Assembly (NCBI GenBank): GCA_973895155.1 | Contig: CCZZQB010000001.1 | Location: 1 to 59,625, forward strand | Length of the DNA stretch: 59,625 bases | Direction of reading: 5' to 3' | From: Marsupella aquatica | Lineage: Eukaryota > Plantae > Marchantiophyta | Part shown: positions 24,362 to 38,400 of the stretch, in pieces | How the letters are laid out: each line of letters starts with the position of its first letter | How positions within the stretch are numbered: position 1 is the stretch's first letter | Program-made: the position numbers and the translations under genes | Notes under the pieces: model-generated | What the model saw: only the letters and a program-made list of their open reading frames with translations | What the model was told of the DNA's origin: nothing | Database searches by the model: none

Positions 24362-24840
24362 AAGCTACAGTAGGGTGGCACTCGCCCCCTGGTACACGCA
24401 CCCCGAAAATTGCGGGGTACCCCCACCCCTAGCCCCTCCAAAATGCGCACACAACAAACTGGGGGTCAAACTCACCCCCAATATTCAATAATCATACCAG
24501 TACTTAAAAAACTGGTATGCCACATGTGAAAACTGGGGATGACACTCTAAACCCTAAACCATAAACCCTAAACCCTAAACGCTAACCCTTTTTTTTCTTT
24601 TTGCTATACTTGTCAAAAAAACGTGCTAGGCGAGCACGTAACGTTCCAAAACGTGCTATTTGCGCAAATCCACCAAAATGAAACGTTTTACCAATACTTT
24701 AAAAAAGTCAAAATTACATAAAAAGCCAACTACTCGTACCCCTAGTTGTGATCACCGCGTCGCGATAGGAGCGTGGACTCACTCCTAGTATGCATACATT
24801 GGGGGTGATTCACCCCCAATCTTGACCATCCTCACCCCCA
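24362..24840. repeat. Spacer copy 6
   Basis: Same sequence as spacer copy 1. Confidence 0.95.
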
Positions 24841-27800
24841 ATGCACGCACCCCCAAAACTGGGGGCCACCCTCACCCTCAACCCCCATGGAACCCCTCCC
24901 CCACCCTCACCCCCAGCTCGTTACACCCCCAATGCTACATTAGGGTTGCACACGCCCCCATGTGCACGCACCCCCAAAACTGGGGGCCACCCTCACCCTC
25001 AACCCCCATGGAACCCCTCCCCCTCCCTCACCCCCAGCTCGTTACACCCCCAATGCTCAATTAGGGTTGCACACGCCCCCATGTGCACGCACCCCCAAAA
25101 CTGGGGGCCATCCTCACCCTCAACCCCCATGGAACCCCTCCCCCACCCTCACCCCCAGCTCGTTACACCCCCAATGCTACAGTAGGGTTGAACAGGCCCC
25201 CATGTGCACGCACCCCCAAAACTGGGGGCCATCCTCACCCTCAACCCCCATGGAACCCCTCCCCCACCCTCACCCCCAGCTCGTTACACCCCCAATGCTA
25301 CAGTAGGGTTGCACAGGCCCCCATGTGCACGCACCCCCAAAACTGGGGGCCATCCTCACCCTCAACCCCCATGGAACCCCTCCCCCACCCTCACCCCCAG
25401 CTCGTTACACCCCCAATGCTCAATTAGGGTTGCACACGCCCCCATGTGCACGCACCCCCAAAATTGGGGGCCACCCTCACCCTCAACCCCCATGGAACCC
25501 CTCCCCCACCCTCACCCCCAGCTCGTTACACCCCCAATGCTCAATTAGGGTTGCACACGCCCCCATGTGCACGCACCCCCAAAACTGGGGGCCATCCTCA
25601 CCCTCAACCCCCATGGAACCCCTCCCCCACCCTCACCCCCAGCTCGTTACACCCCCAATGCTACAGTAGGGTTGCACAGGCCCCCATGTGCACGCACCCC
25701 CAAAACTGGGGGCCATCCTCACCCTCAACCCCCATGGAACCCCTCCCCCACCCTCACCCCCAGCTCGTTACACCCCCAATGCTCAATTAGGGTTGCACAG
25801 GCCCCCATGTGCACGCACCCCCAAAACTGGGGGCCATCCTCACCCTCAACCCCCATGGAACCCCTCCCCCACCCTCACCCCCAGCTCGTTACACCCCCAA
25901 TGCTACAGTAGGGTTGCACAGGCCCCCATGTGCACGCACCCCCAAAACTGGGGGCCATCCTCACCCTCAACCCCCATGGAACCCCTCCCCCACCCTCACC
26001 CCCAGCTCGTTACACCCCCAATGCTCAATTAGGGTTGCACACGCCCCCATGTGCACGCACCCCCAAAATTGGGGGCCACCCTCACCCTCAACCCCCATGG
26101 AACCCCTCCCCCACCCTCACCCCCAGCTCGTTACACCCCCAATGCTACAGTAGGGTTGGAGAGGCCCCCATGTGCACGCACCCCCAAAACTGGGGGCCAT
26201 CCTCACCCTCAACCCCCATGGAACCCCTCCCCCACCCTCACCCCCAGCTCGTTACACCCCCAATGCTACATTAGGGTTGCACACGCCCCCATGTGCACGC
26301 ACCCCCAAAACTGGGGGCCACCCTCACCCTCAACCCCCATGGAACCCCTCCCCCTCCCTCACCCCCAGCTCGTTACACCCCCAATGCTCAATTAGGGTTG
26401 CACACGCCCCCATGTGCACGCACCCCCAAAACTGGGGGCCATCCTCACCCTCAACCCCCATGGAACCCCTCCCCCACCCTCACCCCCAGCTCGTTACACC
26501 CCCAATGCTACAGTAGGGTTGAACAGGCCCCCATGTGCACGCACCCCCAAAACTGGGGGCCATCCTCACCCTCAACCCCCATGGAACCCCTCCCCCACCC
26601 TCACCCCCAGCTCGTTACACCCCCAATGCTACAGTAGGGTTGCACAGGCCCCCATGTGCACGCACCCCCAAAACTGGGGGCCATCCTCACCCTCAACCCC
26701 CATGGAACCCCTCCCCCACCCTCACCCCCAGCTCGTTACACCCCCAATGCTCAATTAGGGTTGCACACGCCCCCATGTGCACGCACCCCCAAAATTGGGG
26801 GCCACCCTCACCCTCAACCCCCATGGAACCCCTCCCCCACCCTCACCCCCAGCTCGTTACACCCCCAATGCTCAATTAGGGTTGCACACGCCCCCATGTG
26901 CACGCACCCCCAAAACTGGGGGCCATCCTCACCCTCAACCCCCATGGAACCCCTCCCCCACCCTCACCCCCAGCTCGTTACACCCCCAATGCTACAGTAG
27001 GGTTGCACAGGCCCCCATGTGCACGCACCCCCAAAACTGGGGGCCATCCTCACCCTCAACCCCCATGGAACCCCTCCCCCACCCTCACCCCCAGCTCGTT
27101 ACACCCCCAATGCTCAATTAGGGTTGCACAGGCCCCCATGTGCACGCACCCCCAAAACTGGGGGCCATCCTCACCCTCAACCCCCATGGAACCCCTCCCC
27201 CACCCTCACCCCCAGCTCGTTACACCCCCAATGCTACAGTAGGGTTGCACAGGCCCCCATGTGCACGCACCCCCAAAACTGGGGGCCATCCTCACCCTCA
27301 ACCCCCATGGAACCCCTCCCCCACCCTCACCCCCAGCTCGTTACACCCCCAATGCTCAATTAGGGTTGCACACGCCCCCATGTGCACGCACCCCCAAAAT
27401 TGGGGGCCACCCTCACCCTCAACCCCCATGGAACCCCTCCCCCACCCTCACCCCCAGCTCGTTACACCCCCAATGCTACAGTAGGGTTGGAGAGGCCCCC
27501 ATGTGCACGCACCCCCAAAACTGGGGGCCATCCTCACCCTCAACCCCCATGGAACCCCTCCCCCACCCTCACCCCCAGCTCGTTACACCCCCAATGCTCA
27601 ATTAGGGTTGCACAGGCCCCCATGTGCACGCACCCCCAAAACTGGGGGCCATCCTCACCCTCAACCCCCATGGAACCCCTCCCCCACCCTCACCCCCAGC
27701 TCGTTACACCCCCAATGCTACAGTAGGGTTGAACAGGCCCCCATGTGCACGCACCCCCAAAACTGGGGGCCATCCTCACCCTCAACCCCCATGGAACCCC

Positions 27801-30619
27801 TCCCCCACCCTCACCCCCAGCTCGTTACACCCCCAATGCTACAGTAGGGTTGCACAGGCCCCCATGTGCACGCACCCCCAAAACTGGGGGCCATCCTCAC
27901 CCTCAACCCCCATGGAACCCCTCCCCCACCCTCACCCCCAGCTCGTTACACCCCCAATGCTCAATTAGGGTTGCACACGCCCCCATGTGCACGCACCCCC
28001 AAAATTGGGGGCCACCCTCACCCTCAACCCCCATGGAACCCCTCCCCCACCCTCACCCCCAGCTCGTTACACCCCCAATGCTCAATTAGGGTTGCACACG
28101 CCCCCATGTGCACGCACCCCCAAAACTGGGGGCCATCCTCACCCTCAACCCCCATGGAACCCCTCCCCCACCCTCACCCCCAGCTCGTTACACCCCCAAT
28201 GCTACAGTAGGGTTGCACAGGCCCCCATGTGCACGCACCCCCAAAACTGGGGGCCATCCTCACCCTCAACCCCCATGGAACCCCTCCCCCACCCTCACCC
28301 CCAGCTCGTTACACCCCCAATGCTCAATTAGGGTTGCACAGGCCCCCATGTGCACGCACCCCCAAAACTGGGGGCCATCCTCACCCTCAACCCCCATGGA
28401 ACCCCTCCCCCACCCTCACCCCCAGCTCGTTACACCCCCAATGCTACAGTAGGGTTGCACAGGCCCCCATGTGCACGCACCCCCAAAACTGGGGGCCATC
28501 CTCACCCTCAACCCCCATGGAACCCCTCCCCCACCCTCACCCCCAGCTCGTTACACCCCCAATGCTCAATTAGGGTTGCACACGCCCCCATGTGCACGCA
28601 CCCCCAAAATTGGGGGCCACCCTCACCCTCAACCCCCATGGAACCCCTCCCCCACCCTCACCCCCAGCTCGTTACACCCCCAATGCTACAGTAGGGTTGG
28701 AGAGGCCCCCATGTGCACGCACCCCCAAAACTGGGGGCCATCCTCACCCTCAACCCCCATGGAACCCCTCCCCCACCCTCACCCCCAGCTCGTTACACCC
28801 CCAATGCTACATTAGGGTTGCACACGCCCCCATGTGCACGCACCCCCAAAACTGGGGGCCACCCTCACCCTCAACCCCCATGGAACCCCTCCCCCTCCCT
28901 CACCCCCAGCTCGTTACACCCCCAATGCTCAATTAGGGTTGCACACGCCCCCATGTGCACGCACCCCCAAAACTGGGGGCCATCCTCACCCTCAACCCCC
29001 ATGGAACCCCTCCCCCACCCTCACCCCCAGCTCGTTACACCCCCAATGCTACAGTAGGGTTGAACAGGCCCCCATGTGCACGCACCCCCAAAACTGGGGG
29101 CCATCCTCACCCTCAACCCCCATGGAACCCCTCCCCCACCCTCACCCCCAGCTCGTTACACCCCCAATGCTACAGTAGGGTTGCACAGGCCCCCATGTGC
29201 ACGCACCCCCAAAACTGGGGGCCATCCTCACCCTCAACCCCCATGGAACCCCTCCCCCACCCTCACCCCCAGCTCGTTACACCCCCAATGCTCAATTAGG
29301 GTTGCACACGCCCCCATGTGCACGCACCCCCAAAATTGGGGGCCACCCTCACCCTCAACCCCCATGGAACCCCTCCCCCACCCTCACCCCCAGCTCGTTA
29401 CACCCCCAATGCTCAATTAGGGTTGCACACGCCCCCATGTGCACGCACCCCCAAAACTGGGGGCCATCCTCACCCTCAACCCCCATGGAACCCCTCCCCC
29501 ACCCTCACCCCCAGCTCGTTACACCCCCAATGCTACAGTAGGGTTGCACAGGCCCCCATGTGCACGCACCCCCAAAACTGGGGGCCATCCTCACCCTCAA
29601 CCCCCATGGAACCCCTCCCCCACCCTCACCCCCAGCTCGTTACACCCCCAATGCTCAATTAGGGTTGCACAGGCCCCCATGTGCACGCACCCCCAAAACT
29701 GGGGGCCATCCTCACCCTCAACCCCCATGGAACCCCTCCCCCACCCTCACCCCCAGCTCGTTACACCCCCAATGCTACAGTAGGGTTGCACAGGCCCCCA
29801 TGTGCACGCACCCCCAAAACTGGGGGCCATCCTCACCCTCAACCCCCATGGAACCCCTCCCCCACCCTCACCCCCAGCTCGTTACACCCCCAATGCTCAA
29901 TTAGGGTTGCACACGCCCCCATGTGCACGCACCCCCAAAATTGGGGGCCACCCTCACCCTCAACCCCCATGGAACCCCTCCCCCACCCTCACCCCCAGCT
30001 CGTTACACCCCCAATGCTACAGTAGGGTTGGAGAGGCCCCCATGTGCACGCACCCCCAAAACTGGGGGCCATCCTCACCCTCAACCCCCATGGAACCCCT
30101 CCCCCACCCTCACCCCCAGCTCGTTACACCCCCAATGCTCAATTAGGGTTGCACAGGCCCCCATGTGCACGCACCCCCAAAACTGGGGGCCATCCTCACC
30201 CTCAACCCCCATGGAACCCCTCCCCCACCCTCACCCCCAGCTCGTTACACCCCCAATGCTACAGTAGGGTTGCACACGCCCCCATGTGCACGCACCCCCA
30301 AAACTGGGGGCCACCCTCACCCTCAACCCCCATGGAACCCCTCCCCCACCCTCACCCCCTGCTCGTTACACCCCCAATGCTACAGTAGGGTTGCACACGC
30401 CCCCATGTGCACGCACCCCCAAAACTGGGGGCCACCCTCACCCTCAACCCCCATGGAACCCCTCCCCCACCCTCACCCCCAGCTCGTTACACCCCCAATG
30501 CTCAATTAGGGTTGCACACGCCCCCATGTGCACGCACCCCCAAAACTGGGGGCCACCCTCACCCTCAACCCCCATGGAACCCCTCCCCCACCCTCACCCC
30601 CAGCTCGTTACACCCCCAA
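24841..30619. repeat. 121-bp array, unit 7 (6258 bp; 47 monomers, two recombinant junctions)
   Basis: g is followed by b at 27501-27742. A hybrid c/l monomer sits at 30163. Confidence 0.93.
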
Positions 30620-31098
30620 AAGCTACAGTAGGGTGGCACTCGCCCCCTGGTACACGCACCCCGAAAATTGCGGGGTACCCCCACCCCTAGCCCCTCCAAA
30701 ATGCGCACACAACAAACTGGGGGTCAAACTCACCCCCAATATTCAATAATCATACCAGTACTTAAAAAACTGGTATGCCACATGTGAAAACTGGGGATGA
30801 CACTCTAAACCCTAAACCATAAACCCTAAACCCTAAACGCTAACCCTTTTTTTTCTTTTTGCTATACTTGTCAAAAAAACGTGCTAGGCGAGCACGTAAC
30901 GTTCCAAAACGTGCTATTTGCGCAAATCCACCAAAATGAAACGTTTTACCAATACTTTAAAAAAGTCAAAATTACATAAAAAGCCAACTACTCGTACCCC
31001 TAGTTGTGATCACCGCGTCGCGATAGGAGCGTGGACTCACTCCTAGTATGCATACATTGGGGGTGATTCACCCCCAATCTTGACCATCCTCACCCCCA
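30620..31098. repeat. Spacer copy 7
   Basis: Same sequence as spacer copy 1. Confidence 0.95.
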
Positions 31099-34000
31099 AT
31101 GCACGCACCCCCAAAACTGGGGGCCACCCTCACCCTCAACCCCCATGGAACCCCTCCCCCACCCTCACCCCCAGCTCGTTACACCCCCAATGCTACATTA
31201 GGGTTGCACACGCCCCCATGTGCACGCACCCCCAAAACTGGGGGCCACCCTCACCCTCAACCCCCATGGAACCCCTCCCCCTCCCTCACCCCCAGCTCGT
31301 TACACCCCCAATGCTCAATTAGGGTTGCACACGCCCCCATGTGCACGCACCCCCAAAACTGGGGGCCATCCTCACCCTCAACCCCCATGGAACCCCTCCC
31401 CCACCCTCACCCCCAGCTCGTTACACCCCCAATGCTACAGTAGGGTTGAACAGGCCCCCATGTGCACGCACCCCCAAAACTGGGGGCCATCCTCACCCTC
31501 AACCCCCATGGAACCCCTCCCCCACCCTCACCCCCAGCTCGTTACACCCCCAATGCTACAGTAGGGTTGCACAGGCCCCCATGTGCACGCACCCCCAAAA
31601 CTGGGGGCCATCCTCACCCTCAACCCCCATGGAACCCCTCCCCCACCCTCACCCCCAGCTCGTTACACCCCCAATGCTCAATTAGGGTTGCACACGCCCC
31701 CATGTGCACGCACCCCCAAAATTGGGGGCCACCCTCACCCTCAACCCCCATGGAACCCCTCCCCCACCCTCACCCCCAGCTCGTTACACCCCCAATGCTC
31801 AATTAGGGTTGCACACGCCCCCATGTGCACGCACCCCCAAAACTGGGGGCCATCCTCACCCTCAACCCCCATGGAACCCCTCCCCCACCCTCACCCCCAG
31901 CTCGTTACACCCCCAATGCTACAGTAGGGTTGCACAGGCCCCCATGTGCACGCACCCCCAAAACTGGGGGCCATCCTCACCCTCAACCCCCATGGAACCC
32001 CTCCCCCACCCTCACCCCCAGCTCGTTACACCCCCAATGCTCAATTAGGGTTGCACAGGCCCCCATGTGCACGCACCCCCAAAACTGGGGGCCATCCTCA
32101 CCCTCAACCCCCATGGAACCCCTCCCCCACCCTCACCCCCAGCTCGTTACACCCCCAATGCTACAGTAGGGTTGCACAGGCCCCCATGTGCACGCACCCC
32201 CAAAACTGGGGGCCATCCTCACCCTCAACCCCCATGGAACCCCTCCCCCACCCTCACCCCCAGCTCGTTACACCCCCAATGCTCAATTAGGGTTGCACAC
32301 GCCCCCATGTGCACGCACCCCCAAAATTGGGGGCCACCCTCACCCTCAACCCCCATGGAACCCCTCCCCCACCCTCACCCCCAGCTCGTTACACCCCCAA
32401 TGCTACAGTAGGGTTGGAGAGGCCCCCATGTGCACGCACCCCCAAAACTGGGGGCCATCCTCACCCTCAACCCCCATGGAACCCCTCCCCCACCCTCACC
32501 CCCAGCTCGTTACACCCCCAATGCTACATTAGGGTTGCACACGCCCCCATGTGCACGCACCCCCAAAACTGGGGGCCACCCTCACCCTCAACCCCCATGG
32601 AACCCCTCCCCCTCCCTCACCCCCAGCTCGTTACACCCCCAATGCTCAATTAGGGTTGCACACGCCCCCATGTGCACGCACCCCCAAAACTGGGGGCCAT
32701 CCTCACCCTCAACCCCCATGGAACCCCTCCCCCACCCTCACCCCCAGCTCGTTACACCCCCAATGCTACAGTAGGGTTGAACAGGCCCCCATGTGCACGC
32801 ACCCCCAAAACTGGGGGCCATCCTCACCCTCAACCCCCATGGAACCCCTCCCCCACCCTCACCCCCAGCTCGTTACACCCCCAATGCTACAGTAGGGTTG
32901 CACAGGCCCCCATGTGCACGCACCCCCAAAACTGGGGGCCATCCTCACCCTCAACCCCCATGGAACCCCTCCCCCACCCTCACCCCCAGCTCGTTACACC
33001 CCCAATGCTCAATTAGGGTTGCACACGCCCCCATGTGCACGCACCCCCAAAATTGGGGGCCACCCTCACCCTCAACCCCCATGGAACCCCTCCCCCACCC
33101 TCACCCCCAGCTCGTTACACCCCCAATGCTCAATTAGGGTTGCACACGCCCCCATGTGCACGCACCCCCAAAACTGGGGGCCATCCTCACCCTCAACCCC
33201 CATGGAACCCCTCCCCCACCCTCACCCCCAGCTCGTTACACCCCCAATGCTACAGTAGGGTTGCACAGGCCCCCATGTGCACGCACCCCCAAAACTGGGG
33301 GCCATCCTCACCCTCAACCCCCATGGAACCCCTCCCCCACCCTCACCCCCAGCTCGTTACACCCCCAATGCTCAATTAGGGTTGCACAGGCCCCCATGTG
33401 CACGCACCCCCAAAACTGGGGGCCATCCTCACCCTCAACCCCCATGGAACCCCTCCCCCACCCTCACCCCCAGCTCGTTACACCCCCAATGCTACAGTAG
33501 GGTTGCACAGGCCCCCATGTGCACGCACCCCCAAAACTGGGGGCCATCCTCACCCTCAACCCCCATGGAACCCCTCCCCCACCCTCACCCCCAGCTCGTT
33601 ACACCCCCAATGCTCAATTAGGGTTGCACACGCCCCCATGTGCACGCACCCCCAAAATTGGGGGCCACCCTCACCCTCAACCCCCATGGAACCCCTCCCC
33701 CACCCTCACCCCCAGCTCGTTACACCCCCAATGCTACAGTAGGGTTGGAGAGGCCCCCATGTGCACGCACCCCCAAAACTGGGGGCCATCCTCACCCTCA
33801 ACCCCCATGGAACCCCTCCCCCACCCTCACCCCCAGCTCGTTACACCCCCAATGCTCAATTAGGGTTGCACAGGCCCCCATGTGCACGCACCCCCAAAAC
33901 TGGGGGCCATCCTCACCCTCAACCCCCATGGAACCCCTCCCCCACCCTCACCCCCAGCTCGTTACACCCCCAATGCTACAGTAGGGTTGCACAGGCCCCC

Positions 34001-34941
34001 ATGTGCACGCACCCCCAAAACTGGGGGCCATCCTCACCCTCAACCCCCATGGAACCCCTCCCCCACCCTCACCCCCAGCTCGTTACACCCCCAATGCTCA
34101 ATTAGGGTTGCACACGCCCCCATGTGCACGCACCCCCAAAATTGGGGGCCACCCTCACCCTCAACCCCCATGGAACCCCTCCCCCACCCTCACCCCCAGC
34201 TCGTTACACCCCCAATGCTACAGTAGGGTTGGAGAGGCCCCCATGTGCACGCACCCCCAAAACTGGGGGCCATCCTCACCCTCAACCCCCATGGAACCCC
34301 TCCCCCACCCTCACCCCCAGCTCGTTACACCCCCAATGCTCAATTAGGGTTGCACACGCCCCCATGTGCACGCACCCCCAAAACTGGGGGCCATCCTCAC
34401 CCTCAACCCCCATGGAACCCCTCCCCCACCCTCACCCCCAGCTCGTTACACCCCCAATGCTCAATTAGGGTTGCACACGCCCCCATGTGCACGCACCCCC
34501 AAAATTGGGGGCCATCCTCACCCTCAACCCCCATGGAACCCCTCCCCCACCCTCACCCCCAGCTCGTTACACCCCCAATGCTACAGTAGGGTTGCACACG
34601 CCCCCATGTGCACGCACCCCCAAAACTGGGGGCCACCCTCACCCTCAACCCCCATGGAACCCCTCCCCCACCCTCACCCCCTGCTCGTTACACCCCCAAT
34701 GCTACAGTAGGGTTGCACACGCCCCCATGTGCACGCACCCCCAAAACTGGGGGCCACCCTCACCCTCAACCCCCATGGAACCCCTCCCCCACCCTCACCC
34801 CCAGCTCGTTACACCCCCAATGCTCAATTAGGGTTGCACACGCCCCCATGTGCACGCACCCCCAAAACTGGGGGCCACCCTCACCCTCAACCCCCATGGA
34901 ACCCCTCCCCCACCCTCACCCCCAGCTCGTTACACCCCCAA
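31099..34941. repeat. 121-bp array, unit 8 (canonical 4322 bp)
   Basis: Same variant order as unit 3. Confidence 0.95.
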
Positions 34942-35420
34942 AAGCTACAGTAGGGTGGCACTCGCCCCCTGGTACACGCACCCCGAAAATTGCGGGGTAC
35001 CCCCACCCCTAGCCCCTCCAAAATGCGCACACAACAAACTGGGGGTCAAACTCACCCCCAATATTCAATAATCATACCAGTACTTAAAAAACTGGTATGC
35101 CACATGTGAAAACTGGGGATGACACTCTAAACCCTAAACCATAAACCCTAAACCCTAAACGCTAACCCTTTTTTTTCTTTTTGCTATACTTGTCAAAAAA
35201 ACGTGCTAGGCGAGCACGTAACGTTCCAAAACGTGCTATTTGCGCAAATCCACCAAAATGAAACGTTTTACCAATACTTTAAAAAAGTCAAAATTACATA
35301 AAAAGCCAACTACTCGTACCCCTAGTTGTGATCACCGCGTCGCGATAGGAGCGTGGACTCACTCCTAGTATGCATACATTGGGGGTGATTCACCCCCAAT
35401 CTTGACCATCCTCACCCCCA
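34942..35420. repeat. Spacer copy 8
   Basis: Same sequence as spacer copy 1. Confidence 0.95.
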
Positions 35421-38400
35421 ATGCACGCACCCCCAAAACTGGGGGCCACCCTCACCCTCAACCCCCATGGAACCCCTCCCCCACCCTCACCCCCAGCTCG
35501 TTACACCCCCAATGCTACATTAGGGTTGCACACGCCCCCATGTGCACGCACCCCCAAAACTGGGGGCCACCCTCACCCTCAACCCCCATGGAACCCCTCC
35601 CCCTCCCTCACCCCCAGCTCGTTACACCCCCAATGCTCAATTAGGGTTGCACACGCCCCCATGTGCACGCACCCCCAAAACTGGGGGCCATCCTCACCCT
35701 CAACCCCCATGGAACCCCTCCCCCACCCTCACCCCCAGCTCGTTACACCCCCAATGCTACAGTAGGGTTGAACAGGCCCCCATGTGCACGCACCCCCAAA
35801 ACTGGGGGCCATCCTCACCCTCAACCCCCATGGAACCCCTCCCCCACCCTCACCCCCAGCTCGTTACACCCCCAATGCTACAGTAGGGTTGCACAGGCCC
35901 CCATGTGCACGCACCCCCAAAACTGGGGGCCATCCTCACCCTCAACCCCCATGGAACCCCTCCCCCACCCTCACCCCCAGCTCGTTACACCCCCAATGCT
36001 CAATTAGGGTTGCACACGCCCCCATGTGCACGCACCCCCAAAATTGGGGGCCACCCTCACCCTCAACCCCCATGGAACCCCTCCCCCACCCTCACCCCCA
36101 GCTCGTTACACCCCCAATGCTCAATTAGGGTTGCACACGCCCCCATGTGCACGCACCCCCAAAACTGGGGGCCATCCTCACCCTCAACCCCCATGGAACC
36201 CCTCCCCCACCCTCACCCCCAGCTCGTTACACCCCCAATGCTACAGTAGGGTTGCACAGGCCCCCATGTGCACGCACCCCCAAAACTGGGGGCCATCCTC
36301 ACCCTCAACCCCCATGGAACCCCTCCCCCACCCTCACCCCCAGCTCGTTACACCCCCAATGCTCAATTAGGGTTGCACAGGCCCCCATGTGCACGCACCC
36401 CCAAAACTGGGGGCCATCCTCACCCTCAACCCCCATGGAACCCCTCCCCCACCCTCACCCCCAGCTCGTTACACCCCCAATGCTACAGTAGGGTTGCACA
36501 GGCCCCCATGTGCACGCACCCCCAAAACTGGGGGCCATCCTCACCCTCAACCCCCATGGAACCCCTCCCCCACCCTCACCCCCAGCTCGTTACACCCCCA
36601 ATGCTCAATTAGGGTTGCACACGCCCCCATGTGCACGCACCCCCAAAATTGGGGGCCACCCTCACCCTCAACCCCCATGGAACCCCTCCCCCACCCTCAC
36701 CCCCAGCTCGTTACACCCCCAATGCTACAGTAGGGTTGGAGAGGCCCCCATGTGCACGCACCCCCAAAACTGGGGGCCATCCTCACCCTCAACCCCCATG
36801 GAACCCCTCCCCCACCCTCACCCCCAGCTCGTTACACCCCCAATGCTACATTAGGGTTGCACACGCCCCCATGTGCACGCACCCCCAAAACTGGGGGCCA
36901 CCCTCACCCTCAACCCCCATGGAACCCCTCCCCCTCCCTCACCCCCAGCTCGTTACACCCCCAATGCTCAATTAGGGTTGCACACGCCCCCATGTGCACG
37001 CACCCCCAAAACTGGGGGCCATCCTCACCCTCAACCCCCATGGAACCCCTCCCCCACCCTCACCCCCAGCTCGTTACACCCCCAATGCTACAGTAGGGTT
37101 GAACAGGCCCCCATGTGCACGCACCCCCAAAACTGGGGGCCATCCTCACCCTCAACCCCCATGGAACCCCTCCCCCACCCTCACCCCCAGCTCGTTACAC
37201 CCCCAATGCTACAGTAGGGTTGCACAGGCCCCCATGTGCACGCACCCCCAAAACTGGGGGCCATCCTCACCCTCAACCCCCATGGAACCCCTCCCCCACC
37301 CTCACCCCCAGCTCGTTACACCCCCAATGCTCAATTAGGGTTGCACACGCCCCCATGTGCACGCACCCCCAAAATTGGGGGCCACCCTCACCCTCAACCC
37401 CCATGGAACCCCTCCCCCACCCTCACCCCCAGCTCGTTACACCCCCAATGCTACAGTAGGGTTGGAGAGGCCCCCATGTGCACGCACCCCCAAAACTGGG
37501 GGCCATCCTCACCCTCAACCCCCATGGAACCCCTCCCCCACCCTCACCCCCAGCTCGTTACACCCCCAATGCTACATTAGGGTTGCACACGCCCCCATGT
37601 GCACGCACCCCCAAAACTGGGGGCCACCCTCACCCTCAACCCCCATGGAACCCCTCCCCCTCCCTCACCCCCAGCTCGTTACACCCCCAATGCTCAATTA
37701 GGGTTGCACACGCCCCCATGTGCACGCACCCCCAAAACTGGGGGCCATCCTCACCCTCAACCCCCATGGAACCCCTCCCCCACCCTCACCCCCAGCTCGT
37801 TACACCCCCAATGCTACAGTAGGGTTGAACAGGCCCCCATGTGCACGCACCCCCAAAACTGGGGGCCATCCTCACCCTCAACCCCCATGGAACCCCTCCC
37901 CCACCCTCACCCCCAGCTCGTTACACCCCCAATGCTACAGTAGGGTTGCACAGGCCCCCATGTGCACGCACCCCCAAAACTGGGGGCCATCCTCACCCTC
38001 AACCCCCATGGAACCCCTCCCCCACCCTCACCCCCAGCTCGTTACACCCCCAATGCTCAATTAGGGTTGCACACGCCCCCATGTGCACGCACCCCCAAAA
38101 TTGGGGGCCACCCTCACCCTCAACCCCCATGGAACCCCTCCCCCACCCTCACCCCCAGCTCGTTACACCCCCAATGCTCAATTAGGGTTGCACACGCCCC
38201 CATGTGCACGCACCCCCAAAACTGGGGGCCATCCTCACCCTCAACCCCCATGGAACCCCTCCCCCACCCTCACCCCCAGCTCGTTACACCCCCAATGCTA
38301 CAGTAGGGTTGCACAGGCCCCCATGTGCACGCACCCCCAAAACTGGGGGCCATCCTCACCCTCAACCCCCATGGAACCCCTCCCCCACCCTCACCCCCAG

